A stretch of 64,000 nucleotides of DNA from Oscillospiraceae bacterium (lineage in GTDB: Bacteria; Bacillota; Clostridia; Oscillospirales; Oscillospiraceae), in NCBI GenBank assembly GCA_034926415.1, contig JAYFRC010000034.1, forward strand, positions 4,232-68,231. The letters run 5' to 3'. The notes beneath the pieces were generated by a model. It was not told where the DNA came from. It was given only the letters and a program-made list of their open reading frames with translations, and searched no databases. Shown piece after piece: positions 45,395 to 54,074 of this stretch. Each line of letters starts with the position of its first letter. Position 1 is the stretch's first letter. Made by a program: the position numbers and the translations under genes.

Positions 45395-45451
45395 GTTTCC
45401 GAAATGGGGGCTCCCCACTGCGGTTTCCGCCCGGGGAAGCCCCTTTCGGAA
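45395..45451 (-). promoter_or_regulatory. Long GC-rich hairpin in the tctC-CoA-transferase spacer
   Basis: Minus strand: UUUCCGAAAGGGGCU..AGCCCC(CA)UUUCGGAAA, about 15 bp outer stem around a CCCC..GGGG inner stem, followed by an A-rich tract up to the RBS. Confidence 0.45.
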
Positions 45452-45485
45452 ATCTTATGCGTAATCCTTTGGTGAGGTAAGGGTA

Positions 45486-46463
45486 TTACTTCATCAGCTC
45501 GCCGTACTCGGCGTACTTGTCTTTTACGATCTGCTCGTAATCGTCGCCGGAGAGATACGCCCATGTCAGATTGCAGTTTTCAAGAGTAGTCTTGTAGGTG
45601 TCGTCATTCGCGGCGGTCTCGAAAGCCGTGCGGAGCTTTTCGACTATCGCGTCGTCCGTGTCTGCGGGAACGCAGATGCCCATGTAGGACAGAAGCTCTA
45701 TGTCGTAGCCCATCTCGCTGAGAGTCTCAACGTCGGGCGCGCTGTCCCAGCGCTGGTCGGTCGCGGAAGCGAGCAGACGCATTTCGCCGGACTCGACATA
45801 GGCGGTGAACGACGCCTGGTCGCACATCGCGCAGGGCAGGAAGCCGCCGAGGATATCGGTTATCATATCAGTCGTGGAGGAATAGTTGACGTAGTTGAAG
45901 CTCGCTCCGGTAGCCTTGGCAAGGTCGTCCATGGCAAAAGGCTGCGGATAGCCCGTCGCGCCGTAGTTTACCGCGCCCGTCTTGGCGGCGGTGATAAGGT
46001 CGTCGAGCGTCTGATAGGGCGAATTGGCGGCGACGATTATGCCGTAGCCGTACTGGCCAAACGCGCAGATATACTTAAAGCTGTCGGGAGTGTAGGTGAC
46101 ATCGAGCTGATAGGGAACGAGCGAGAGCGGAGAGAGCGTCGCAACGCCGATGGTGTATCCGTCGGCCTTGGAGTTTGCAAGCTCGGTGACGCCGACAGTG
46201 CCGCTGCCGCCGGTCAGGTTGGTGATGGTAATGGTGCCGTTGAGCGCCTTGCCCGCCGCGTCAGCGAGAGCGCGGGCCGCGAGGTCGGTGCCGCCGCCGG
46301 CGGAGTAGTTGACGATCATGTTGATGGCCTGATTCGGATAATCGGAAGCAGCATCGGTGCTCGTGCTTCCGCCCGTGCTTGAGCCGTTCGAGCCGCAGCC
46401 CACCAGCGAGAACGCCATTGACGCCGCCAGAACAAATCCGGCGATTGCTCTGATTCTTTTCAT
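45486..46463 (-). CDS. tctC: Tripartite tricarboxylate transporter substrate-binding lipoprotein (TctC/Bug family)
   Basis: Lipobox FSLVGCGS and Bug-family-like sequence. Adjacent to tctA/tctB. Confidence 0.8.
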   Translation of the reverse strand: MKRIRAIAGFVLAASMAFSLVGCGSNGSSTGGSTSTDAASDYPNQAINMIVNYSAGGGTDLAARALADAAGKALNGTITITNLTGGSGTVGVTELANSKADGYTIGVATLSPLSLVPYQLDVTYTPDSFKYICAFGQYGYGIIVAANSPYQTLDDLITAAKTGAVNYGATGYPQPFAMDDLAKATGASFNYVNYSSTTDMITDILGGFLPCAMCDQASFTAYVESGEMRLLASATDQRWDSAPDVETLSEMGYDIELLSYMGICVPADTDDAIVEKLRTAFETAANDDTYKTTLENCNLTWAYLSGDDYEQIVKDKYAEYGELMK

Positions 46464-46535
46464 TTTTTATCCTCCTGTTTTTTTGATTTTTTAATCCGTG
46501 TTCCGCAATTCGCCTGTCGGAACGCAAATTTTTAA

Positions 46536-48047
46536 TTAAAGTCCGTCCTGAAGCTGCTTGTCCTTGCGCTTTCCGCGAAGTATGAGCACCACGGAGATTA
46601 TCGTCGCCGCCCAGAATATCCAGCAAAGCGGCGAGGAGAAGAACGTTCCGACATCTCCGCCCGACAGAACAAGCGCGCGGCGGAAATTCTTTTCAAACAA
46701 AGGCGAGAGTATGAAGCCGATAAGAACACAGGCCATGGGGAATTTGAACTTCGAGAGGATATAGCCGATGACAGCGAACACGAGCATTATCCACACGTCG
46801 GTGAGGTTGGAGTTAAGCGCGTACACGCCGATGATGCAGAACATGACGACGGCCGGGAAAATTATCGTCGTTTCAAGCGAGCATATCTTCTTGAATGCCT
46901 TCCATGTGAGAAGCACTATCGCGACGAGCACGACGTTGCAGAGTATGAGGCCGGCGTAGACATTGTAAACCGTTGCCGGAGACTCCTGGAACACCAGCGG
47001 GCCGGGGGTAAGGCCCTGAACGATGAACGCAGACATGAGCAAAGCCGCGCCGGTGTCGCCGGGAACGCCGATAGAGAGCAGAGGTATCATGTTCGCGCCG
47101 CAGACCGCGTTGTTCGCGCACTCCGCGCCCGCGACGCCCTCTATCGCGCCGTGGCCGAACTCCTCGGGATGCTTCGCGTTCTTGTGCGCGACATCGTAGC
47201 CTATGTAGCACGCAAGCGCGGGCCCGAGGCCCGGAAGCGATCCGATACCGCAGCCGAGGAACGCGGAGGTTATCCAGTGGCGGAGGCAGGTCTTTGCGTC
47301 AGCAAGAGTAAATTTGTTGTCATCCTTGCAGGTCGGCGGAGGAAGCTGAGCCTTGGTATTGCCGAGGGCGACGCTTTCGACCTGCTTGAGAACCTCGGAC
47401 AGGGCGAGGAAGCCGATGAGCATTACCACGAGGTCGATGCCGGACGAGAGCTTCAGCACGCCGAAGGTCAGACGCGGAATGGTAAACGACATGTCCATTC
47501 CGACGCAGCCGAACATCAGTCCGACACAGCCGGCGAGCAGTCCCTTTATCATGGACTTTCCGGCGGCGGAGGCAATTATCGTCAGCGCAAATATCATAAG
47601 CACCGCATACTCCGCGGGGCCGAAGTTCAGGGCGTACTTCGCTATCGGCTGAGCTACGACTATAAGGACTATGCAGCTGAACAGGCAGCCGAACGCCGAG
47701 CTGAACAGCGCCGTCTTAATAGCCTTTCCGGCTTTGCCCTGCCGAGCCAGCGCGTAGCCGTCGGCCACTGTCGCAGCGGCTGCTGGCGTGCCGGGCGTGC
47801 CGATAAGTATGGCCGCGAGCGAGCCGCCAAAGGTCCCCGCGTTATACGCGGCGAGCAGCATTACGAGCGACTGCGTGGGCGTGAGGTAATACGTCATCGG
47901 TATGACGAGCGCTATCGCCATCGTAGCGGTCAGTCCGGGTATCGCGCCGAGGACAAGTCCAAGCGCGACGCCGCCGAACAGGAAAAGGATGTTCATCGGC
48001 ATCAGCACAGCCTCGAAACCGCTGAACAGCATTGAAAGTGCTTCCAT
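46536..48047 (-). CDS. tctA: Tripartite tricarboxylate transporter large permease TctA
   Basis: About 500-aa polytopic protein with the GxxxG-rich TctA pattern. ATG at 48047 preferred (ORF track: 48059). Confidence 0.85.
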   Translation of the reverse strand: MEALSMLFSGFEAVLMPMNILFLFGGVALGLVLGAIPGLTATMAIALVIPMTYYLTPTQSLVMLLAAYNAGTFGGSLAAILIGTPGTPAAAATVADGYALARQGKAGKAIKTALFSSAFGCLFSCIVLIVVAQPIAKYALNFGPAEYAVLMIFALTIIASAAGKSMIKGLLAGCVGLMFGCVGMDMSFTIPRLTFGVLKLSSGIDLVVMLIGFLALSEVLKQVESVALGNTKAQLPPPTCKDDNKFTLADAKTCLRHWITSAFLGCGIGSLPGLGPALACYIGYDVAHKNAKHPEEFGHGAIEGVAGAECANNAVCGANMIPLLSIGVPGDTGAALLMSAFIVQGLTPGPLVFQESPATVYNVYAGLILCNVVLVAIVLLTWKAFKKICSLETTIIFPAVVMFCIIGVYALNSNLTDVWIMLVFAVIGYILSKFKFPMACVLIGFILSPLFEKNFRRALVLSGGDVGTFFSSPLCWIFWAATIISVVLILRGKRKDKQLQDGL

Positions 48048-48190
48048 TTTTATGACCATTCCTTTCTCTTTGGCAGAGTCACAAAATGACCATGAAAAGG
48101 AATGGCCATAATGTGCGTTTTTTTCGGTTGCCGCCCATGCGGCGAGAAAAATGCACTTAAATCAATTAAAGTTTGAGTTTGTTTCAAACT
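48048..48190 (-). repeat. Copy B of the three-hairpin intra-operon element (tctB|tctA spacer)
   Basis: Same block order as copies A and C. The H1 5' arm plus loop can form 15 consecutive pairs with the tctA SD region. Confidence 0.8.
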
Positions 48191-48205
48191 TTTTCTCCTT
48201 CTTTC

Positions 48206-48670
48206 TTACGGCATCCGCAGCGACAGTCCGTAGTGGAAGCTGACATAGATCAGTATCGGCAATACGACGGCCGCAATGACAATCTTTTTCCAGCTCTTCT
48301 GTCCGTAAGCCCATATCAAGAATCCGAGGGTCACGATTGTCACTGGGATGTAGGGAAGGAAGTAAAGCATTATTGTGTAAGCGACCATTACAGCCAATGT
48401 CAAAAGCACAAGTTTTGCTTCCTTCTTACCAAGCGAATACGTTTCCTGATCTGCTCTGTCCTTTTTCTTTCTTCCAAAAACGAACATGCACGCGCCTAAA
48501 ATGATGAACAATACCGCTATCGCTTCCGGGAAAAATCTCGGGGAGTTGAACAGCAGATCGCACTGGACCGCTTTTATCTGCCAAGGTATTATAACCGCCG
48601 CAAACAGCACGCCCAACACAGCAAACACGATACCGATAATCTGTTCCGCCTTGCTCTCTTTCAAGCTCAT
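48206..48670 (-). CDS. tctB: Tripartite tricarboxylate transporter small permease TctB
   Basis: 154 aa, 4 TM segments, positioned upstream of tctA. Confidence 0.65.
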   Translation of the reverse strand: MSLKESKAEQIIGIVFAVLGVLFAAVIIPWQIKAVQCDLLFNSPRFFPEAIAVLFIILGACMFVFGRKKKDRADQETYSLGKKEAKLVLLTLAVMVAYTIMLYFLPYIPVTIVTLGFLIWAYGQKSWKKIVIAAVVLPILIYVSFHYGLSLRMP

Positions 48671-48794
48671 GGAATCACCCTTTCTCTTCAGTCTTTGTTA
48701 GCATTTTTGATGTGTCCAAATACTAATCTCAAAAGATTTATTTATCAATTCGCGGAATAAACAAAGAATTTATTTTATTTTGTTTACAAAACAG

Positions 48795-48809
48795 ATAAAA
48801 TCTATTTAT
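48795..48809. promoter_or_regulatory. Candidate LysR-type T-N11-A box in the AT-rich divergent spacer
   Basis: ATAAA-ATCTA-TTTAT palindrome within the 380-bp AT-rich region between tctB and the LysR gene. Confidence 0.3.
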
Positions 48810-49049
48810 GTTTATGATTTGCAGCTCTTATATTGGCTCTGCAGCGCGGTTTGAGGCTCTTTTTTAACAATTTTTTACCACAATTTTCTATAAATTAAGT
48901 TATTCTTTAAGCAAGTTATTGTTCTAATCTTCTAAAAAAGTTGGAATTTTGATGCTTTTCATTTTCGTTAAATATAAAACAAATAAAATTCACTTGAATT
49001 TAATATAAATTTTTATTATTATCACTTTTAGCATAAGGAGGTACTTTTT

Positions 49050-49970
49050 ATGGGATTCAGAGAACTTGAATATGTATGTGCGCTGGCGGAAAACAAGAGC
49101 ATAACGAAAACGGCAAAGGCGCTCGGGCTCACCCAGCCGGCGCTCAGCATATTTCTTAAAAATCTCGAGGCGGAGACGGGAACCCCGCTCTTTGAGCATG
49201 TCGGGAAGTCGCTTGTGCTCACGTACGCCGGTGAGCGTTATCTCCATTACGCGCGGGAGATACTCATAATGGAAAAAACGATGGATCACGAGCTTTCGGA
49301 ACTCCAGCTCGAGGACAAAGGCTGCCTGAGCCTGACGTGCATGCTGCCGAGAAGCACGTTTATGATCCCCGAGACGATACCCGCGTTCAAGCAGCTTTAT
49401 CCGAACGTGTCGATACAGCTTTACGAGGAGGTTGCATACGACGCGATAGAGCGCAACATACTTGACGGACGCGCGTCTTTAGGAATCGTCAACTATCAGC
49501 CGAAGGATCCTCACATAACGGCGATACCGCTTCATGAGGAGGAGCTGCTGCTGACCGTAAGCGACAACCATCCGATAGCCAAAAGGATGAACGCGCATCA
49601 TGGGGACAAGCCGCGAATCATCGACCTGAACGATTTCAAAAACGATCCGCTCATAATTCCGAAAAATACGCGCACTGCTGAACAGATACAGGCGATAACG
49701 CAAAAGCGCAGGCTCGACCAGCCCGTTTTTCTTGAGACGCGGAACATCGAAATTGCGCTTCGCCTCGCCTCCGAAGGGCTTGGAATCACCTTTCTCTGTG
49801 ACAGTCACATAAATTTCAAATACCTGCCCGACAACCTCGTATTCTTTTCGACCGCCGACCCCGACGCCAAAATGATGCTCTATCTCCTGTACCGCACTAA
49901 TTCCTACATGCCTTCGTATATCCAGAAATACATCGAAATGCTCAAGGATTACGCCTGCGGAAACCTGTAA
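49050..49970 (+). CDS. LysR-family transcriptional regulator
   Basis: N-terminal HTH (LEYVCALAENKSITKTAKALGLTQPALS), 306 aa. Divergent from the tct/BKACE operon. Confidence 0.9.
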   Translation: MGFRELEYVCALAENKSITKTAKALGLTQPALSIFLKNLEAETGTPLFEHVGKSLVLTYAGERYLHYAREILIMEKTMDHELSELQLEDKGCLSLTCMLPRSTFMIPETIPAFKQLYPNVSIQLYEEVAYDAIERNILDGRASLGIVNYQPKDPHITAIPLHEEELLLTVSDNHPIAKRMNAHHGDKPRIIDLNDFKNDPLIIPKNTRTAEQIQAITQKRRLDQPVFLETRNIEIALRLASEGLGITFLCDSHINFKYLPDNLVFFSTADPDAKMMLYLLYRTNSYMPSYIQKYIEMLKDYACGNL

Positions 49971-49974
49971 CAAA

Positions 49975-50015
49975 CCGCCCCTCAAACGTCCTTTACGGTT
50001 GCGTTTGAGGGGCGG
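49975..50015 (+). terminator. Hairpin after the LysR gene (no U-tract)
   Basis: CCGCCCCTCAAACG / CGTTTGAGGGGCGG, 14-bp stem. Confidence 0.4.
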
Positions 50016-50059
50016 ATGCGTTATCATATATCTATCAATTATGCAGGAGGCGTTTTCAT

Positions 50060-50563
50060 GTGACGAGGGACGACTTGCTCTCCGCGCTCGCCGCGCACTA
50101 TGGCGAAAACTATTCAGCGGAAGAGACGGACGCCGGAGCGCTGCCGCTTTCCGCCTTTTACGTCATGCACAGCGTGGATGACAGATACACCCTTTTCCGC
50201 CAGTTCGTTACCGGCAAGGCCGAGTCGAACGACTTCGTGTACGTGTTCACTCCCGACGTCCTGACTCCGGAGCTTGCAAAAAGCTGCGCCCGTTTCGCGC
50301 TCGGCGACGCCTCCGCGCGCATAGACCCCACCGGCGACCATATGTTCTCGCTCATAACCGTTTTGTTTTTCAGCGGCAGCATCGACGCATCAGCCGCATC
50401 CGCGATAAAGAAGGCAAAAATGCACAGGGACTACAAGTCTCCCCAGACCGGATGGGCCGAGCTCCGCACCGCCGCGTTCGACGCAAGCGGAGCGTTAATC
50501 GCCGCCAACTCGATGGGGCGGGACGTGGCCGTCATGTTAAAAAAGGCTATCGCGGCAAAATAA
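50060..50563 (+). CDS. Hypothetical protein
   Basis: 167-aa ORF. GTG start 10 nt after AGGAGG. No recognisable motif. Confidence 0.45.
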   Translation: MTRDDLLSALAAHYGENYSAEETDAGALPLSAFYVMHSVDDRYTLFRQFVTGKAESNDFVYVFTPDVLTPELAKSCARFALGDASARIDPTGDHMFSLITVLFFSGSIDASAASAIKKAKMHRDYKSPQTGWAELRTAAFDASGALIAANSMGRDVAVMLKKAIAAK

Positions 50564-50600
50564 GGCTGCCGCGCGTATTTTCGCATTTGGAGGAAAACCT

Positions 50601-51332
50601 ATGAAAGCAGTTATACTCGCCGCGGGCAAAGGCACGCGGCTTAAGACCAGCGGCGTAAATCTTCCGAAGGTGCTCCGCACCGCCGACGGGAAGCCTCTTC
50701 TCCACTATGTTCTGTCAGCTCTGTCGTTTTTGCCAAAGGACGACGTCATAATCGTCGTCGGCTATAAGCGCGAGATGGTAGAGGAGGCCTTTCCCGGTTA
50801 TAGCTTCGCCGTGCAGGAAAAGCAGCTCGGAACCGGACATGCCGTTGCCTGCGCCAAAAGCCTGCTTCGGGATTACAACGGGCCTCTGCTCGTATGCTGC
50901 GGCGACATGCCGCTGATGACCGAGAAGACCTACCGCGCCATACTCAATACTCACGAGTCAGAGGGCAACGTATGCACGATACTTGCCGCCGTCTGCTCCG
51001 AGGACCTTCCCTACGGCCGTGTCCTGCGCCGCGCGGACGGCACGTTTGACCGCGTCGTCGAGGACAAGGACTGCACGCCGGAGCAAAAAAAGATACGCGA
51101 GCTAAACGCGGGCGTATACGTATTCGACTGTCAGAGGCTCCTTTCGGTGCTTGACCGGCTCGACTGCGACAACGCGCAGGGCGAGTATTATCTAACCGAC
51201 GCGCCCGTGCTTATGCGCGAGGCGGGCGGGAGGATAGGCGTCTGCGCCGCCTGCACCGCCGACGAAATGCTCGGCGTCAACACGCCAGATCAGCTCGAGC
51301 AGGTAGAAAAATATCTGAAGGAGAAAAAATGA
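50601..51332 (+). CDS. Sugar-1-phosphate nucleotidyltransferase (GlmU N-terminal-domain-like, no acetyltransferase domain)
   Basis: MKAVILAAGKGTRL..LPKVL, QLGTGHAV, CGDMPL motifs. 243 aa. Confidence 0.8.
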   Translation: MKAVILAAGKGTRLKTSGVNLPKVLRTADGKPLLHYVLSALSFLPKDDVIIVVGYKREMVEEAFPGYSFAVQEKQLGTGHAVACAKSLLRDYNGPLLVCCGDMPLMTEKTYRAILNTHESEGNVCTILAAVCSEDLPYGRVLRRADGTFDRVVEDKDCTPEQKKIRELNAGVYVFDCQRLLSVLDRLDCDNAQGEYYLTDAPVLMREAGGRIGVCAACTADEMLGVNTPDQLEQVEKYLKEKK

Positions 51333-51333
51333 T

Positions 51334-52155
51334 ATGTCCTTTATCATAGGCATCGACGCGGGCTCGTCCGCCACTAAAATAATCGGCATGAACGCCGAAA
51401 AGCACCTATATCTTCCTCCGCTGCGCATGGATGCGGTCGACGGCGCGGGATTTTTCGGCGCCGCGCTCGACAAATATCTCGACCGCTCGGGCGTTTTAAA
51501 AGACGAAGTCTCTCTCATCTCGATGACCGGCGGGCGCGCCGACGGCGCGGGCGCGGAAATCGATGGCAAACCCGTAAAACGCGTAAAGGAGTTCGACGCG
51601 CTGGCCGCCGGAGCGCTTGAGTTCAGCGGGCAGGAGCGCGGCGTCGTCGCAAACATAGGCACGGGAGCATGCTTCGTTTACGCCGAGAAGGGCAAGAGCG
51701 CCGTGCACATCGGCGGAAGCGGCATAGGCGGCGGAACGCTCGTAGGGCTCTGCTCGCGGCTCGCGTTTGTCGACCGCATAGACGATATAACCTCCATGGC
51801 CGAGAGCGGCGACCTCGCAAATGTCGACATCTCGATCGCGGACATGTCACTCGGTGACCTTAAATCCCTCGACCCCAAAATGACGCTGTCAAATTTTGGA
51901 AAAACAGGCGACGGCGCCACGAGCGCCGACCTCGTGCTCGGCGCGATAAACCTCGTGCTTCAGAGCGTCGGCACGTTGGCGCTGTTCGCGTGCCGCTCCG
52001 TCAACTGCGAAACAGTTATAGTCACCGGCGGCCTCGCGGAGCTTCCGCAGGCTAAGGACAATTTTGAAAACTTTGAAAAGATATACGGAAAGAAATTTAT
52101 CCGCTGCGGGCTTCCGGCGTTTGTCACCGCCGCAGGGACAATACTCTGCAATTGA
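51334..52155 (+). CDS. ASKHA-fold kinase, type II pantothenate-kinase (CoaW)-like
   Basis: IGIDAGSSATKI, EFDA, NIGTGA, GGSGIGGGTLVGL and LSNFG follow the order of Staphylococcus CoaW motifs as I recall that sequence. Starts 2 nt after the previous stop. Confidence 0.6.
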   Translation: MSFIIGIDAGSSATKIIGMNAEKHLYLPPLRMDAVDGAGFFGAALDKYLDRSGVLKDEVSLISMTGGRADGAGAEIDGKPVKRVKEFDALAAGALEFSGQERGVVANIGTGACFVYAEKGKSAVHIGGSGIGGGTLVGLCSRLAFVDRIDDITSMAESGDLANVDISIADMSLGDLKSLDPKMTLSNFGKTGDGATSADLVLGAINLVLQSVGTLALFACRSVNCETVIVTGGLAELPQAKDNFENFEKIYGKKFIRCGLPAFVTAAGTILCN

Positions 52156-52268
52156 CGATAAAGCGCGGCATAAATCAAACCCCCTTTCCAAGGCAGACGT
52201 CCGGGAAAGGGGGTTGATGCCGTAGTAATAACACGGCTTACATGCCATCACCATTCTGACACAGAAAA

Positions 52269-52306
52269 GCAAACGGGAGTGCCTGGCAGCGCTCCCGTTT
52301 GCTTTT
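52269..52306. terminator. Bidirectional intrinsic terminator
   Basis: AAAA-GCAAACGGGAG-loop-CTCCCGTTTGC-TTTT between convergent genes. Confidence 0.75.
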
Positions 52307-52357
52307 ATAAAAAATTGGAAAAAAAATGAAAAAGCGTTAATTCATATCCGGCGTAAA

Positions 52358-53929
52358 TTATGCGCCGTAGCCGCTTGAGTAGCTTCCGCTGTACGAACTG
52401 CCGCTGCCGGTTCCGTTATTGAAGTAATAGCTGTAGCCGTTGCTTCCGTTGCTGCTGCCGCCGTTCTGGGTGGCGCCGCTGGACGTGTCTGGAACCGTGG
52501 TCGTGCTGCTGCTCGTCGTCGAAGCGGGCTCGGCGCCGAAGGTAAAGTTTATGGTAGTTTCCTTGCCGCTGCGGTAAACCGTAAGCGTGCAGCTGTCCCC
52601 GGCCTTATAGGATTTCTTCGCGGTGGTCAGGTCGTCCATTGAGGTAATAGTCGTATCGTCTATCTTTGTTATGATGTCTCCGGCCTGGAGTCCGCATTTC
52701 TCGCCCGCTCCGCCTTCCTCGATGCTGTAAACGTATACGCCTTCAACGAGGTTGTACTGTTTGGCCATGTCGGAGGTCACGGTCTGGGCGGTAATGCCCA
52801 TGTAGGGCTTATTGGTAACATAGCCGTTTTCCATGATGTCCTTTATCATGCTCCAGACAGTACTGATTGGAATAGCGAAGCCCACGCCCTCGACCGTGGT
52901 AGTCGAATAGGAGCTGTACTTGGCGGAAACGATACCGACAACCTCGCCATAGGAATTAAGCAGCGGGCCGCCGGAGTTGCCGGGATTGATGGCGCAGTCA
53001 ATCTGGATCATGTCAAAGGACTGGCCTTCGACCTCTATCGCGCGGTCACAGCTCGAGACGACTCCGGTCGTCAGGCTGAAGGTAAGCTCGCCAAGCGGGT
53101 TGCCGATGGCGTTGGCCTGGTCGCCGACGTTGAGAGCGGTGCTGTCGCCTATAACAACGGTGCTGAGACCCGTGGCGGCTATCTTCACCACGGCAATGTC
53201 GTTTTCTTCGTCGCCGCCGACATAGGAGGCGGTATAGCTCGTGCCGTCATAGGTCGTCACGTTTATGGACGTGGCACCCTCTACAACGTGGTAGTTGGTG
53301 ACTATATATCCGTCGGAGGTGATTATGAAACCGCTTCCGGAGGCCGCGTTCTGAACAGTCTGTCCGAAAATGTTGGTGGAGTTTTCGGAAACGTTGATGC
53401 TGACGACAGCGTTGACGTTGGCAGCATAGACCTCTGCCGGAGTCATCTCGGTCTGTCCATCGACGGAGACCTGATTTACCGTTCCGACCGTGCGGCTGCT
53501 GACCGCCACGCTCGTAGAGTCCCCGCTGCCGTTTATGGCGTACATCGCGCCCGCTCCGACTCCTCCGCCTATAAGCGAGCAGACGAGCATGGCCGCTACC
53601 ATCTGTTTACCAAAGCCAGCGCCGCCTTTCTTTTTGGGCTTTTCATCGGCGCTGCGGGGCGTGCTGTCCTCAAATCGGTGATAACCGGTGTCGGCGTTTC
53701 CGCCCTCCGCGCTTTTCCCGCTTTCCGCATTGCTTTCGGCGGTGCTTCGGCTCTCGCCGGCCTTGGGGGCTTCATAGACGGGCTCCGGCTGGCTGTCGCG
53801 GGTCGAGTGATAGGACGCGCTCTCGGGAGCCGGCTCCCTCCAGCGGTAGCTTTCGTCCCTGTTCGGCGTTTCGCCGCCCGCGTTGTTTATATTTTCATTG
53901 TTCATGTTGTTTTCATTGTTCTCATTCAT
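52358..53929 (-). CDS. HtrA/DegP-family membrane-anchored serine protease with PDZ domain and low-complexity termini
   Basis: Catalytic triad contexts TNYHVV, DIAVVKI, GNSGGPL. PDZ domain. AGGAGG RBS before MNENNENN (ORF track: 54007). S/G/Y-rich C-terminal tail. Confidence 0.85.
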   Translation of the reverse strand: MNENNENNMNNENINNAGGETPNRDESYRWREPAPESASYHSTRDSQPEPVYEAPKAGESRSTAESNAESGKSAEGGNADTGYHRFEDSTPRSADEKPKKKGGAGFGKQMVAAMLVCSLIGGGVGAGAMYAINGSGDSTSVAVSSRTVGTVNQVSVDGQTEMTPAEVYAANVNAVVSINVSENSTNIFGQTVQNAASGSGFIITSDGYIVTNYHVVEGATSINVTTYDGTSYTASYVGGDEENDIAVVKIAATGLSTVVIGDSTALNVGDQANAIGNPLGELTFSLTTGVVSSCDRAIEVEGQSFDMIQIDCAINPGNSGGPLLNSYGEVVGIVSAKYSSYSTTTVEGVGFAIPISTVWSMIKDIMENGYVTNKPYMGITAQTVTSDMAKQYNLVEGVYVYSIEEGGAGEKCGLQAGDIITKIDDTTITSMDDLTTAKKSYKAGDSCTLTVYRSGKETTINFTFGAEPASTTSSSTTTVPDTSSGATQNGGSSNGSNGYSYYFNNGTGSGSSYSGSYSSGYGA

Positions 53930-54074
53930 GGCAAAGTTCCTCCTTGAAAACATATGTGAAGCAAACACGCGGATACATTTCCGCTTCCTGTTTACAATGC
54001 GTATCATAAACTGCCATACTTAATTTAATCTTAAAAATTACAAAATATTTTTTACTTTTTGTAAGCATACTGGC

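Noticed and set aside
48086-48160. Short ORFs inside the three-hairpin element. Plus strand: MT(M/I)KR(N/D)GHNV.. of 22-24 codons in copies B and C. Minus strand: M(A/T)IPF(H/N)GHF.. of 11-19 codons in B and C.
   Set aside because: Copy A lacks the plus-strand start codon and truncates the minus-strand peptide to 5 codons. No SD precedes any of them. Similarity stops where the variable but structure-preserving H2 hairpin begins. An RNA-level element explains the data better. A leader-peptide role is not excluded.
48671-49049. The AT-rich 380-bp block as a possible foreign insertion or degenerate mobile element
   Set aside because: It has no terminal repeats or ORF remnants. It lies exactly between a LysR gene and its divergent target operon, so it is most simply a divergent promoter/operator region. 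The 99-aa ORF at 48990-49289 is spurious and overlaps the LysR start.
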